64,000 bases of DNA from Nemertoderma westbladi. Lineage: Eukaryota > Animalia > Xenacoelomorpha. Location: contig JAUCBJ010003070.1 of assembly GCA_032718475.1 (NCBI GenBank), forward strand, positions 124,001-188,000, written 5' to 3'. Position 1 is the stretch's first letter. Each line of letters starts with the position of its first letter. Shown here in pieces: positions 47,964 to 61,647 of the stretch. The translations under genes and the position numbers were made by a program. The notes under the pieces were generated by a model. The model searched no databases, was not told the origin of the DNA, and saw nothing but the letters and a program-made list of their open reading frames with translations.

Positions 47964-49585
47964 ATCTGCTATCTGAGTTTATTAATATCAGTATGAGTTA
48001 ATATTTAGGCAAGCGGGCGTCGCTGCCTACTAGTCTTTGCCCCCGGACAGTGGGTTTCTCAGCGCCGATGTACCGTCGTCGCGGTGTTTACGCCAACATG
48101 TAGCAACAGCACGACAACGATAACCGGCACAAGTCCCACCACTGTCCGTCCCAAAGGCTTGAATCCACTTGAGGTTATCTCGGTAGAGTTAGGGCTACTT
48201 TACAATTGCGATTAGCTACTGTAAACACACTTTAGTAGTAACATTCACCTATAAACGCCCAAATTCCATACAATTGGACAATTACTTACTGCATACATGC
48301 AGGCCATTTGTCCGTTAATCAGTGTCTTCCAGAATGTCACGTTATTACTATGTATCCTTGGATACTAATAGTGCGCTATGTATACTCTTATGCTACGCAA
48401 TGGGGCAAGCTTTTTATTGTTCCTTTAACTTGCTTCTAATTCTAGCGTGGGTGTTGCCATGGTGACATTATGGAAAACTAGCGGTAGAATTAGAGTAATT
48501 CTCATGCATACAGATCTGGGATGCTATTTAATAGTAATTCTTTAATTGTCAATATCCTCTTTATGCATGATTTTATAAATTTTATCGGCTATTGACTATA
48601 TGTTGGAGATTCTCGCACTCTAGTACACTCAATATGAATCTCCGCTCCCATGATCTATTAATTACTGGAATTTTGGGAATGTTATAAATTGCACAAAATG
48701 ACAATTTATGAAATTCATTTGAATATGAATTTAAATTTATTCCCGTGAATTTTATTATTTGATGTTAAATTGACACAAATTTCATTCCAGAGCATATCTG
48801 GGGACTTAGGATCCTTAATTCTATAAAATAGTCCTTCTAAGAATATCGGTAAATACTGCGATATCTTAATTGACTAGAAATTTTAAAGGATCGGGATTTT
48901 ACAGATTTTAATAAATATTAAATTAATATTTAGGATGAGCACCGATTTATTCCAGAACTTGTCTGGGGACGTTAACCACTGATTCTAGAATTTGTCTTTC
49001 AAGTATATCGGTGGGTGCTACGATATCTTAATCGACTAGAATTACAGATGGTCAAAAAGTTTAACAGATTTATTTGCGATTTACGCTACTGTTAGAGGGA
49101 CATCACGCTACTATATGTATTATTTGTTATAAGGTAGAAGAGCAATATCGCACGAAGCAATGTCAGTGTGAAGAGGCAAGTCGTTTCCAAGGTCTACCCA
49201 GAGCTTGGTTTAGCCGAGACACGAGGATCTGAACTTTGCATTCCTAATACTCTGCCTACCAATAATACTTAAATATAGTAGTGGCTTTATTGTACTTTAA
49301 TAAGTACTGACATGTCATCTTACTATAGTCTCGCATTTATAATATAATACGGACAGTAAGGAAAGAGAAAATAATTATTTCTTGCCGTCGCACTAAATAT
49401 ATTATAGGTAATTAAATACGTAATAAACACTAATATATTGCACTAATTTACTAAATATTCTAAAATAACATTTTACTAAATAAAATTAAATAAAAACGAT
49501 TATAATAACGTACATAATAACATTTACATATAAAATGTAATAAAAATAGATAAAATAATATAGACATACACCCACTCCAGACGTA

Positions 49586-50210
49586 CTACGTTGAAGAGCC
49601 CCTAGATGTTTGAGGTATTAGGGAGGTGGTCGTGGGAAGGGTTTCTTGCCTTCCATAGTTTCCGGAGAGTTCCCGGTCTCTTTCCAGCAAACATAAACGA
49701 CCAACCGGGCGATTGAGTTGTTGCGTCTCAAAGATTATGCCGGGTTTCTTGAAGTTACGTCGCATGACGACGAGTTCTACCGAGCGCACTAGACCATCCT
49801 CCGAGATGTGCGTCTCGATGATACGACCTATCTGCCACCGTCTACGTGGAAGGTCCGGATCTACAATAAGGACCATGTCTCCGGCGCTGACATTTTCCTG
49901 CTGCGCAAACCACTTAGTTCGAAGTTGTAGCGTGGGCAGATAATGTTTCTCAAAATGGTCAGCGAAACGACGGGATAGCAACTGCATAAGCTGCCAAGTT
50001 CGACGACAGTATTCATCTCCATCGGCAATCTCGGATTGTGGGAGCATGGCTACAGGTTTCTTAAGTAGGAAGTGCGCGGGTGTTAGCGCTTCCAGGGAGT
50101 CGAGACTCGATGAGACTGGCATAAGCGGTCTCTCGTTAAGATAGGCAGCGATTTCTTCCATTAACGTCCGCAGAAGTTCGTCGGTGAGATATGCACGGCA
50201 CGGCACTATA
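49586..50210 (-). CDS. Integrase C-terminal part (DUF5641-like), frameshifted from the main polyprotein
   Basis: LTDELLRTLMEEIAAYLNERPL, ALTPAHFL, YLPTLQLRTKW, GDMVLI, WQIGRI, DGLVRSV, RPVGRLCLL. Confidence 0.9.
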
Positions 50211-53200
50211 AAGCGGTCTTGACACTTCGAATTAATCTCTCCCAACTTCCTCCCCACCAAGGGGCGTCGGCGGCGTTAAAGGTCCAGCTAGACGCCGTTA
50301 TCCGTAGCTGGTCGTCCACCTGTCTTTGATTCCAGTCCTTTACGTAAGCCTGAATTTCGTTGTTGGCACCAATGAAGTTCGTTCCCTTATCGGATCTCAT
50401 CGTGTTGCTAGTTCCGAAACGAGCGATCTGTCGTCGTAAACATAAGACGAAGCTGTTAGTAGATAGATCGTTCACCATATCGAGATGGATAGCTCTACAA
50501 GTCATGCAGACAAAGATTACACACCATCTCTTGACTATAGTTCTAGCACGATACACTTCAATAGGGCCAAATAAATCCACACCAGTATTAGTAAAGGGTG
50601 GTTCATAAAAGCTTACTCGTTCCCTAGGTAATTCTGCCTCTCGCTGTGTTAAAGGCCTACTGAATGCTTTCCTACAAGGTATGCAGTTCCTAAGAACTTG
50701 ATTCAGAGCTCTACGTGGTCTATGAAAATAATAGCGAGTTCGAATTTCGCTAAGAACTCGTTCTCTACCAGCATGATACAGTTTACTGTGAACATCTACA
50801 ATCATCTTGATTTGTACTTCAAGATTACTAATGAGTATAGGGAATTTAGTATCAAAGGATAATGGTGCGTTGGTAAGTCTTCCTCCAACACGTATTAACC
50901 CATCTATCATTGTGCTAGAGAAGCGATCCCTTAAGCGCATCTGCGGATTTCTCAATAACAGAAAATACCTATCGGAATCCTCATAGCATTGCAGGAGTCT
51001 CAGTAGCTGCTTATTAGTTTCTTCATGCTCCTGGTAACTGATCTTCTCCTTTAGAAACCGGTCTGATATCTTGTACTTAGGTAGATCTTTAATAACATGA
51101 ACTTGCGCAGATGTCACTGGAGCAGGATCACTAGTGGTCTGCGTCCTGGAGTAGTGATGGTGAAAACATCTCTTTAAGTATGTGACGGCTTTACAGAGAC
51201 GATTCCAGGAACTGTAATGATGCAGTGCTCTCTGCAGCAGGGGTGAGATTCCTTGCGAGACGTCTGGTATCCCAGATTTCCAATCTCTGTCTCTAATTTC
51301 CACAACAGACTTGTTTGTGGCGAGGGATTGTGGATCCAAAGTATCGTTTTCGGCAGTATGTAATACAGATAGATCGATTGTTGGTTTAAATAACTTCGAT
51401 TTACTTGTCCGAGTTTTGGGTTTGACTTTCTCCGCTCCCTTGGCTTGTCTAATCTCAGCCGTAGTAAGGTGAGGAGGCCATTCATCCTCTTCCTTGCTCA
51501 GGAAGTCGGGTCCACCCAACCAGTCAGGAGTATCTATCAGTTCCTGTGGAGTTGCTCCTCTGGAGGCGATGTCAGCTGGGTTAATCGTACCAGGGCAATG
51601 TCTCCATTGATCTATCGTTGTGCGACTAAGAATAATGGCCACTCTGTTAGTAACAAAGACGCTGAACTGACAGACTTCATTCGTTATATATTCCAACACA
51701 AGTAAAGCGTCGGTCCAATAAACAGTTTTCTCCAGTGGATAATCGATCTGTTCTGTTACATTCCGTCCGATAGCTGTAGCGTATAAAGCTGCTTTTAACT
51801 CTGCCCGAGGAACCTTCAGCTTGTTGTTAATCAATGCCTTAGAGGTAACCAAGGCAACTTTGATTCCATCCGGAGTTTCGACTCGCAGGTATGCTACTAT
51901 ACCTATTCCCATATCGCTGGCATCTCCGAATACATGGAGTTGATAGGAATATGTAGGGAGAACATGACCAAAATATGAACGGGAAATTATAAAGTTCTCG
52001 ATGGCAGGTAGCGAGTCCTCCCATTTCATCCATTTCTTTAATAGTTCTCCCTTGAGTGGATCGTCCCACGAGTGGTTTTCAAGCCACATTTGTTGTACTA
52101 AACTCCGAGCAATCAATATAACTGGGCTAATAAATCCCAAGGGATCGAAATAAGTGCTCAGAATACTTAAACAAATCCGTTTGGTCCGAACTGGATTATC
52201 TCGCTGTTTTAGCTGAAAAAACAGGATATCTCTTTCTGTGTCCCACTTCAAGCCAAGCGTCTTGGTTTCCGGAAGATCGTCATGTATTAAGTCGAGGTCT
52301 TTTGATCCCCGGTCTTCTACAGATATTGCTTCCAGAAACTCACGGGAGTTGCTGGTGAACTTCGTCAATCGAAATCCACCTCTTTTCAAACACTCAACCG
52401 TTCCTTTCGCGACATCAATGGCTTCTTTTACTGATGGAAGGGACTTTAAATTGTCGTCCATGTATATGTCTCGTTTGATGTTATCTATCACCTCTTTGGA
52501 GAAGGCGTCCCGGTTGTCATCCGCAGTGGTACGAACCACTGAGCAGGCGTTTGAAGGGCTTGATATAATCCCAAAAGCCTGGATGGTCATCCAGTACTCT
52601 ACCGGTTTCTGGTTGAGATCTCCTTCAGGCCACCACAGGAATCTTAGGCTGTCTCTATCACGATCCAACGCCTTGACTTCTAAGAACATTCCTTCTATAT
52701 CGGAGGCGAACGCGATGGAATATTGTCTTAATCTTAAAAGTATTCCCAATAAAGATTGGAGCAAGTTGGGTCCTGGTAACAACTCGGAATTGAGGGATTG
52801 GCCCATATATAGGGCGGAGCCATCAAATACGACCCGTACTTCATGGGGTTTACCGGGTTTGGGAACGTAATGATGTGTTAGATAATAAGTTCTTTCAGTT
52901 ATTGGAGTTCCTTCCGGTACTCGCTCCGCATATCCCTTTGTGATAAATTTCTTCAACTGAGTTTGGTACATTTCCTTAGCTGAAGCATTTGCCGTAAGAC
53001 GTCGATGTAATTGATTGATTCTTTTCTCAGCCAAAGGTCTGTTATTTATAAATCTAGGTTCCCGTTTTCGAAATGGTAGTCCGATTTCATATCTACCTTG
53101 ATCTTTTAAAAAACGTGTGGTTGTTTCCTGGATTTGCTTGGCTCTTTCTTCTTCTATCGACAGGGCTTTGTCGTATGAATTGGGTTCTACTAATTCTTGG

Positions 53201-56200
53201 GTAAAGAATCGTATGGCGAGTTCGTCCCGAGTTCTAGCGTTGTAGCGCTCTACCTCGTCATTAAGTTCGTCATTATAAATCATGGATTCCGTTGGGCGAA
53301 TCAGTTGACATAGGTTCGCTTGGTTTTTCCAAGTATGATTCTCTGTAAGTAGGTCAATTGTGTTCTCTTCTTCGAAGAGTTGGTAGATGTTGTCATTATC
53401 TGAGGAGTATGGTGTTCCCTCAGTTAGTTCGTCCACTTCACTGCTTTCCACTTCCCAATCGTTTACTTGATATATTTGTTCGTGTGGCATTCTCTCTTCG
53501 AGAGTTCTACGGGAAGGGCCAGTAAAGTACCAACCTACTCTAGTTCTTACCGCATAGGTTTGCAGTGGCTGTGGTTGAGCAGGCCGTTTCTCTAATGTTT
53601 CGAGCGCCTCGTGCGCGTTTTGGCCGATGAGTATTTGCACTCCAGGATAATCTGTCTGGAATCGAGGTATCTTAAGATGTTGGATGCTCTCATCTTCGTC
53701 CCAATTATAAAGGTCTGCTTGAGTAGTAGCAAAGTTCTTTATAGCCACCATTTTTACTGACCTTATACCTTGTGTTCCTAACTTATCCTGGGGGGTGGAC
53801 AACACACCTACATAGTAATCTGCCGTTAGGGTAGATTTCCAAACCTGCATAATTCCTGACATATTCAATTTAGTCCGGAACTTGGGTTGTCCAGCAAAGA
53901 TATCTTCGGCTAGTTCTTGATCGATGAATGTTCCTGTGCTGCCGGAGTCAAGGAGGGCGTTCACTATGTAGCTTTTGTTAAGACCGTGAACTCTTACTTG
54001 AACTACAGGAAATTCTCTGATTCCTACGTTGGAAGCTGGAGCTTTCCAAGATGGTTGTTTGGTGAAAGTAGTTGGGGGAAACTCATCGTTGATGTCCTTT
54101 TCGTAAGTAAGTGCTCGATACACTGCGGTATTTATTAGATAACAGGATTCATTGGCATCGGAGAATTCGTCAGTATAGAATCCTTCCATCTCAGACTCTT
54201 GATCAGTGTCGTTTACGTCACTGAATTGGACATGTAGTTCGGGCTCACTTACCTGACTCTGTCTGTCTCGTTCGAACTCACTGTGTAACAAGATGTTATG
54301 TTTCGCGCCACACTTTGCACACTTTATGTCGGAGTAACAGGTTCGCCGTTGATGTCCTGGTCTGAGGCAATTATAGCATAACCGCTTGTCCCATACGACT
54401 GTACATCTGTCTACAAGGGATTTCTTTAGAAATTCAGCACACGCACTCAAACAGTGGGTCCCGTCGCACAGCGCACAGTTAGGTTTTATGTTACTCACTT
54501 TACCTTGGGTAACTTGATGCACTCTCGTTTTTTCTTCGGGTTTTCTTCGGTGCATTCTGTTAGGAGACTGAGGAGGGGTCTTGGCAACCTGTTCTTTCCT
54601 ATCGTTGTTTCGAGCCTTGTATTTACTTACGTCCTTTGAGGTTTTGTCAACATAGTAAGATCGGTCTGTGTCTTTCCCACTGTCCTCTTCTTGGGAAGCT
54701 TGGCTTTCGCCGTCGTCAGTGTAACACACCGGTGTTACTCTTCTCCTAGAAGTGGGTTTCTCACTTACCTTATTTTCCGATGTTTTCTCTCTGGACTGCT
54801 TGATGAGTTGTAGTTTTACTTCACCATCTAAGAAAGACATGAGATCAGCCATGGTAGGACTTCGTCGTTGTTGTTCATTCATGTACATCACTTTCTTGTC
54901 CCAGCGTGTACATACTCCACCCTTTGGTAAAGTAGAGACTACGGCTCCAATAACCATGGAACTCTGATATTCATGCGACTTACCTAACCAGTCCAGTTGT
55001 CTACAGATCTCTTGAATCTCATCGGAAAACTCTATAATCCCGCTACTAAGGAAGTGTCGGGGGGCTACTAATTTTGCATACAAATACTTAGCTATGTTAT
55101 CCTTGTTACCATACCTGATGTTTAATGTATCCCAAACTTGTCTTAATCCTTCTGGATGTCCAATAAACTTTAACGCCATTAACTTGGGAGGTCCTTCCAA
55201 GCACTTGATGAGGAATCTAAGTTTCTCTCCGTTAGATAGTACAGAGTTCTGTATGCTATCTTTGTAATATTCGTTGAAAGGTAACCATTTCATCTCATCT
55301 CCATTGAATTTGACGATCTCTCCCACTTTGACCGCTTGGCGGGCTTCTGTTCTAGCCATCTGACGCGTAAAGCTTTCTTGGGCCATCGTGTTATTTAATA
55401 TCGAATTATCGGTATATAAATTTCTCGGATTATTATCAGGTCTATAGGGAATATTATTAGCAACAGGCGTATAATCACCCTTAATAGGGTTTGCTATAGG
55501 AGTTTCTACTTCACTAGCAGTATAGATGCGTGTAGGCTCCACACCTTGCGCATGTAGTACTTCAGACCTAACAGGTTGACACAATGTTACAGGGGGTATT
55601 GGTATGCCCTTTTGGATATTGACTAATTTGTCGCGTTCTAGTGCGATACTTTGCTGCACTTCTTGCAACTCTGCTCTACCTTCCCTCACTGTTCCCTTAA
55701 GTTGGTGGACAGTCTCCTGCATCTGTCCTAGCAGGAGATTCATCCCCCGCCGTCCCTCTTCTACCCACTCAACCGCCGAAGCGGGAGTCGCCAACATAGT
55801 AGCGGGCTGACGCGGGACGACGGGAGACAAATCTTTGATTTCTCTCTCTGCTATCCGGACAGGGATATTCTCTTGGACTGTTCCACCGGGTACAGGCAGT
55901 GTAGTACTATGTAAAGGGAATTTAGAGTTAAGCTCTGGAAGTATAGGGGTCTCTAACACAGAAGTGACTTTGGGAACGACAGGCCTAATTATTTCAGGCT
56001 CATCAACTATTGTAGGGAGTCTTTTGACCTTAATAATTTGGGCTGTAGGTTCTATACTACTCAAGTCTGTGCTAGCTAGCTGTCTTCTAACAGCTGGGGG
56101 CAAATCAGGCAATTTGCGACGGTAAGATGTTTTTCTACGCCTACTTAGATGAGATCTATTTCCTCCGCCTTCAGGATCGGTGGTCTCGCCTTCCTCCGAG

Positions 56201-57627
56201 GATGTGTATCCCTGGCGCTTGGGAGTAGATTTTCTCATCATCTGCATTTGATTAGCAGTAAACTGTTTATTTAGACTGTCTTGCGTCTCTTGCAGATTTT
56301 CCAACTCCAGTTGGATAGTCTCCTCAGAAGCTCTCCGTTCTGCTTCTGCCACTGCTGCTTTTCTTTCTGCTTCTGCTTCTGCCGCCTTTCTTTCGGCTTC
56401 TGCTTCTGCCGCTTTTCTTTCGGCTTCTGCTTCGGCCGCCGCTGCTGCTGCCACCTTTCTTTTCTCTATCCGTTCTTTCTTTACTTGTTCTTCTCGGACT
56501 CTAGTGAGGCGGAGTTTTTCATCAAATTCAGCTTGGTTTGCAGCTAACATTTCGGCATCGATTGAGTCCAACACAAGCTTGGTTCCTTCACTATTAGGGG
56601 AAAGTCCAGACAGCCGTCTCCTCAACTCTTCGTCTCCTAGGAATCGCTGATAGTCGGACAGATAAATGTCGATAGCGTCTCTAGTTCGCGGTTTCTCGGC
56701 GGTCTCTTCGCTTTCCACTTGAGAAAGGGTGACATCAGTTTGTTCTTCATAGGTTGATCTTTCAGCCAGCTGGGATTTCCACTGGGCCGTTTCCTGTACT
56801 TTGAGACCTACCCGATGTAACCAAGTTTTGACAGCAACCTGCAGCGACGTATCCTGTCTTCTTTTGGAAGTTTCTTCAAAGGCTGAGAGGATTAGTCGAA
56901 TGCGTAGGGTTCTTTCGCGTACTTGGTATAGCAGCTCTTCCTGCTCTTGAGGTCCTTGGGGTTGTCGAAACAGTTGTTCTTCCAATCGCTCCAAGGAGCC
57001 GAAGAATCCCTGCACATATCCTGCTGCCGACCTCTTCCAAACAGCTGGATCCATTGTATCTTTAGCCACTCCCATCCTGTGTATATCTTCCCAAGTAGCC
57101 TCGGACAGATCCAACGGGAGTCCGAGTCCGGGAAAGTTCCATTTTGACTCGACAATAGACATCAATTCTTCCCTGGCGTATCCCGCATAATTATCTTGGG
57201 TCGCTCGCTTATTTCTCGCCCAGTCGGCTTGATGTTCCTCCACCGCAATGAATATAGTAGTTAGCACTGCAGCAGGAAGGGTGAGAAGGGGGTCCGAGTA
57301 GACTGTAGCAGCCATCTGCACTCCGCGTTCGGGGGTCAGCTCTACAGTATCCGAACTACTGGAGCTATCGGGTCACTGGGAAGTAGGTTCTTGACCAAGA
57401 TGTTGCTGCGATAGGACAACTGCCTCTTGGTTCCGTTTGACCTGTGCTCGAGTGCCTATGATGGACCTATGGTGGACTAGCCTAGGGTCTGATACTACTG
57501 GAGGGATGACCTTTCTTGCAGTAGGAGGTGAGCTGAACTCCTTTCTTAATCGCTCCACACTCCTATCTGTGTCACAGATGGTTGTATCGATCAGACTGTC
57601 TGACAGGTTTTGCTGAGTGTCAGACAT
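50206..57627 (-). CDS. BEL/Pao Gag-Pol polyprotein (start MSDT at 57627; one in-frame TGA at 57373-57375; frameshift near 50210)
   Basis: Gag core and three knuckles. PR LLDSGS. RT RVVFDGS, DIEGMF, YMDD. RNase H LHVFGDAS, PRAELKAA, WTDA. IN H-H-C-C, GVDLFGP, SDKGTNF, WERLIRSVK. The 84-aa ORF 57373-57627 is in frame with 50206-57321. Confidence 0.93.
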
Positions 57628-59886
57628 GTTTATCTATACAGTTGAATGTCTACTACTATAGTTTCAGTTAAAGCAAGTCTAGTAATTCAGTATGACCGCA
57701 AGCCTAGCGATTTATTACCGATACCGTTACTCGGTGTAATGTGATATATATACAATATATTAGAATACCGGTATGCTTATAGTATATATATAAGTATTAT
57801 TACAGACTAGCTTTGTCACACAGTACCGGTATATAATTTTAGCACAAATATATATAAATATATAATAGGCCTATCGTGAATACCGGTATACAGCTTACAC
57901 TTATAGTATATATAAGTATAATTATGAACTAGAATTAATTACAGAATACCGGTATGATTTCAGCTCAAATTTATAGAAATAAATATAATAAGCCTATGGT
58001 AAATACCGGTATGTCAATTATTTTTAGAATAATTGAATTTCTGAATATTTTAGGGTTACTTGGTTACTTTAACTTACTTTATTACCGTTATTTAAGCAGT
58101 AGTCCAACTGATATTGAGACCTAGTTGTTGTATGGCAGGCCTACTATTTATAAATCGTTTGAGTTGATTTATAATATATATATACCCGTTTAAAATGGGT
58201 TTTGTCTATATTTGAAATAAATGTTATTATTCCTGGGGTTCACTACACAGAAGCTGTGCGCTCTCAGTGAAGTGCTATTTATGGGACACTAAAACAGATA
58301 ATTCTAATTTACCTAAGTTACTTAATACTACAAATTACTTACGATACGGGTGAGATTAATTTCTCTAATTAAAATACAACAAAAATATTACGTACGAAAT
58401 TTTTTAGGGTAATTTTACAGGAAGTCTACAAACCAGCCTAACAAAGGGTTAGATTTCTGGTTATTACAACGGACAGGGTACTACGGTATTTGAAATAATA
58501 AGTAGCAGTAAATATATTGCACTGTCCAGATAGGAAAATACCACCGCCTGACGACCTATAACCGTATCGCTATAGGTACTACGTTATGTATCACGGAGTG
58601 TTCCTACCCAGAAGTTAATAGAGCTAACGAATGTGCCTATCAACCACTTTACAACACAAATATACTGCCTACACACTAATTACTTCGGAAAGCACTGTAC
58701 ACTAAACCCTAAATTAGGTACAAGTACCGGTACAACAAATAATCAGTAGTTAAATATACTTGAACAGTTAAAAGAACCACGGCATCTGCTGGAGTGACCA
58801 GAGCACAAAGTCACCAGTCTTGTCCTACGCCAAGCAGCCCGTGTAGTACCGGGGTTAATTTAACTATAACGGTATGTATAACAAGCACAATTACTGTAGG
58901 AATAAACTTGGGGACATGAATGTTGCGAATAATCGCATAAACTCTGAATAATAAATATTACGCTACCCGTACAGAATACTCAAACAAAATACAAACCAAA
59001 CGCTGGCAGACTACCACCAAGCCTAAATAAACTACCGTACGTGTAGATTCTGAAATGGTTAGTTAGTATGCGTTCTAACACGGTAGTACGACTTATTCTT
59101 TAAGAGGGGATTGACCTTACAGCATATGGCTGCCCCAACTTACTAACGGCACTTTATCAGACAAACTCCACACACACAGCAATCTCTTCAGACCTAATAA
59201 TAGCTAGACAACAATCCAGCCTACAAAATATCTGAGTAATAACTATTACGGTACCTGAACAGACCACACAAACAAACACAGGCTAAAACGCTGGCAGACT
59301 ACGATCAAGCCTAAATAAACTACAGTATATGCAGATTCTGAAATAGTTAGTTAGTATGCGTTCTAACACGGTAGTACGACTTATTCTTTAAGAGGGGATT
59401 GACCTTACAGCATATGGCTGCCCCAACTTACTAACGGCACTTTATCAGACAAACTCTACACACGCCGTAATCTCTCCAAACCCAACAACAGTCAGACAGC
59501 AGCTCAGCCTACAATTATCTGAACAATCTGAGCAGACTTACACGTCTTCAGCTCAATATTAACTTACTAGGAAATAAAACCGACAGAAATAAGTAAAATC
59601 TCAATAAAAACCAGGGCTGCAGTCCCTGATTAAATACTAAGACCTACCGGTATACAATAATCAAATTCGAATAATACTAATGTACTTATACAGCAGTACC
59701 GGTTAGGACAGTTGGGCCTACAGACCTACAGAAGTACCGGTTCCGGCAGTTGGACCTACGGACCTACAGCAGTACCGGTTCTGGCAGTTGGGCCTACTGA
59801 CCTACAGAAGTACCGTTTCAGGTTTACCGGTCACTACGGTATTTTGCAACCTTATTGCTTACTGCAATAAGATCTATAACTGTTAC
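57628..59886 (-). other. ~2.26-kb non-coding 5' leader with ~290-bp and ~40-bp tandem duplications
   Basis: Duplications at ~58995-59520 and 59690-59830. Conserved in element A (24762-27030). Confidence 0.8.
59875..59886 (-). promoter_or_regulatory. Non-canonical primer-binding position (GTAACAGTTATA), complementary to LTR sites at 60637-60648 and 60777-60788
   Basis: No TGG after the 5' LTR. Perfect 12-bp inverted match inside the LTR. Confidence 0.6.
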
Positions 59887-61231
59887 TGTTCGCGCTTTTG
59901 AAGACCTTTAGCAGTTTAACCTGCCAAAATTTATATGTCTTTTAGTTAATTAACACACCTTTAGCATACGACAATATTTTATGCTAATAAACAAAACATT
60001 AGCCGAAGCCAGCCCATGCGCGATCATTCACCCGATGGATACACCCGGGAGGCTGAATTCGGATGCTTAAATTTTATTATTGCAGTGTAAGGTTGCAGTG
60101 TAAACCTACTGTATTATTCGATTGATCGTTAATAATTAATTTCTGACAGATATTATTAGCTTTCGGGAAATATTAACAGTTCCTTTAGGACGTGGCGCTC
60201 TATCTATTTAAACAGAGCTAGGACTTATACTAAACGCAACGATAATGCTTATGATTAAAGTATAAGGCGCATTCTTTAGGAAATGCTTTGTTACCAATCA
60301 CAATCATGCACACGATTCTGCCGACCGTCAGTAAATTTGATCACACATAAAGAGAACAGCAATTGACTCATGTAGTGTCTGCTAAATAACATTAGATTCA
60401 ATACACACCACATTGATATAAATCGCAATTGTTATGTATAGCCTGTCTCTCTAACCTGTAGTGTATCAAGAAAATTGGGAATTTTGGGTGATTTATCCGT
60501 ATTCTCCAAAGGGCAATATTTCATCAACAAATCGATACAATTAGTAACTGACGGTAAATAACAGTACAAACAATATAATTAATAAGTAAAGTTCGGGAGA
60601 ATCATATGACTACCAGTGAGTTAGTTAGTTAGTGAGGTAACAGTTATACTTTCAATAATTTAAGCAGTTTTACTAGAGTTCTTCCCAAAAGCCGGTGTTA
60701 TGGCGAAAAATGGGAACACAACAACAGAATCATATGAAGAATCATATGACTACCAGTGAGTTAGTTAGTTAGTGAGGTAACAGTTATACTTTCAATAATT
60801 TAAGCAGTTTTACTAGAGTTCTTCCCAAAAGCCGGTGTTATGGCGAAAAATGGGAACACAACAACAGAATCATATGAAGAATCATATGACTACCACTCTA
60901 TACGAGGATACCAACTACCCTTATTCCCCGAAGCTCCTGTCCAACACAGAGGATGAGCATACAGATAGGAAATTCAGTTCAGTAGCTCTGGGATAGGTCG
61001 AAATCAACGCCAACTCAAATTCTATTGGCCGATACGGAACACAGGGCTGAGGCAACCTCCCTAAGCTGGTTGGCCGATCGAACAGAACCCAGATCCCTTC
61101 GCACAGCAAATCAGCCAATCAGCCGGTAGCTTGCACTATTCTAGCTAGATATCCCTTTTTAGAGTATTCAGCGACTGGGGGGAACTGGTTAGCAAAGCAA
61201 ACGAATCAGTTATCCCACAAAAGCTTTTACA
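59887..61231 (-). repeat. 5' LTR of element B
   Basis: Direct repeat of 42287-43631. Confidence 0.97.
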
Positions 61232-61647
61232 ACTATAACTGGGAGAGTCAAAGCTAGTGTACACTAGAGTCAGTCAAGAGCTAGGAAAAATAATAATGCT
61301 CATCTAGGGTTCGAACTCACGACCTTCTAATTAGAAAACTAAGCAAATGATCCAGCTTGAATGCTTTAGACCCTTACTCTTAGGCATCGAGCAGCCAATG
61401 AGAGAGCAGATGCAAGTACAGTGGTAAAGCCCATCCATGGAGAGATATGTTCACACTAACTCCCAAGGATAGTTATACTCACCATTCAAATATCCCTTTC
61501 AAACCAAATTCCCCCAGCATCTAAAGTATTCCACTTCAGTGCAAAATATATAGAGATTTAGTTGGATTTTAACTTGTGCTTGCAAACTCTTTTGTGCTCG
61601 TATATTATAATTTATTGTTCATGTAACGCAATATAACTCGGCTATTT

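Larger units (their letters stand above)
42287..61231 (-). mobile_element. Full-length 18,945-bp BEL/Pao LTR retrotransposon (element B) with extra ORF
   Basis: Two 1345-bp LTRs with only about four differences seen. TG..CA ends. 5-bp TSD ACTAT (42282-42286 / 61232-61236). Gag-PR-RT-RH-IN order with BEL/Pao motifs. Confidence 0.97.

Noticed and set aside
50206-50260. Programmed frameshift in integrase
   Set aside because: No clear slippery heptamer. It falls inside the integrase core next to a GTGCC micro-duplication, so it is more likely a mutation or assembly error.
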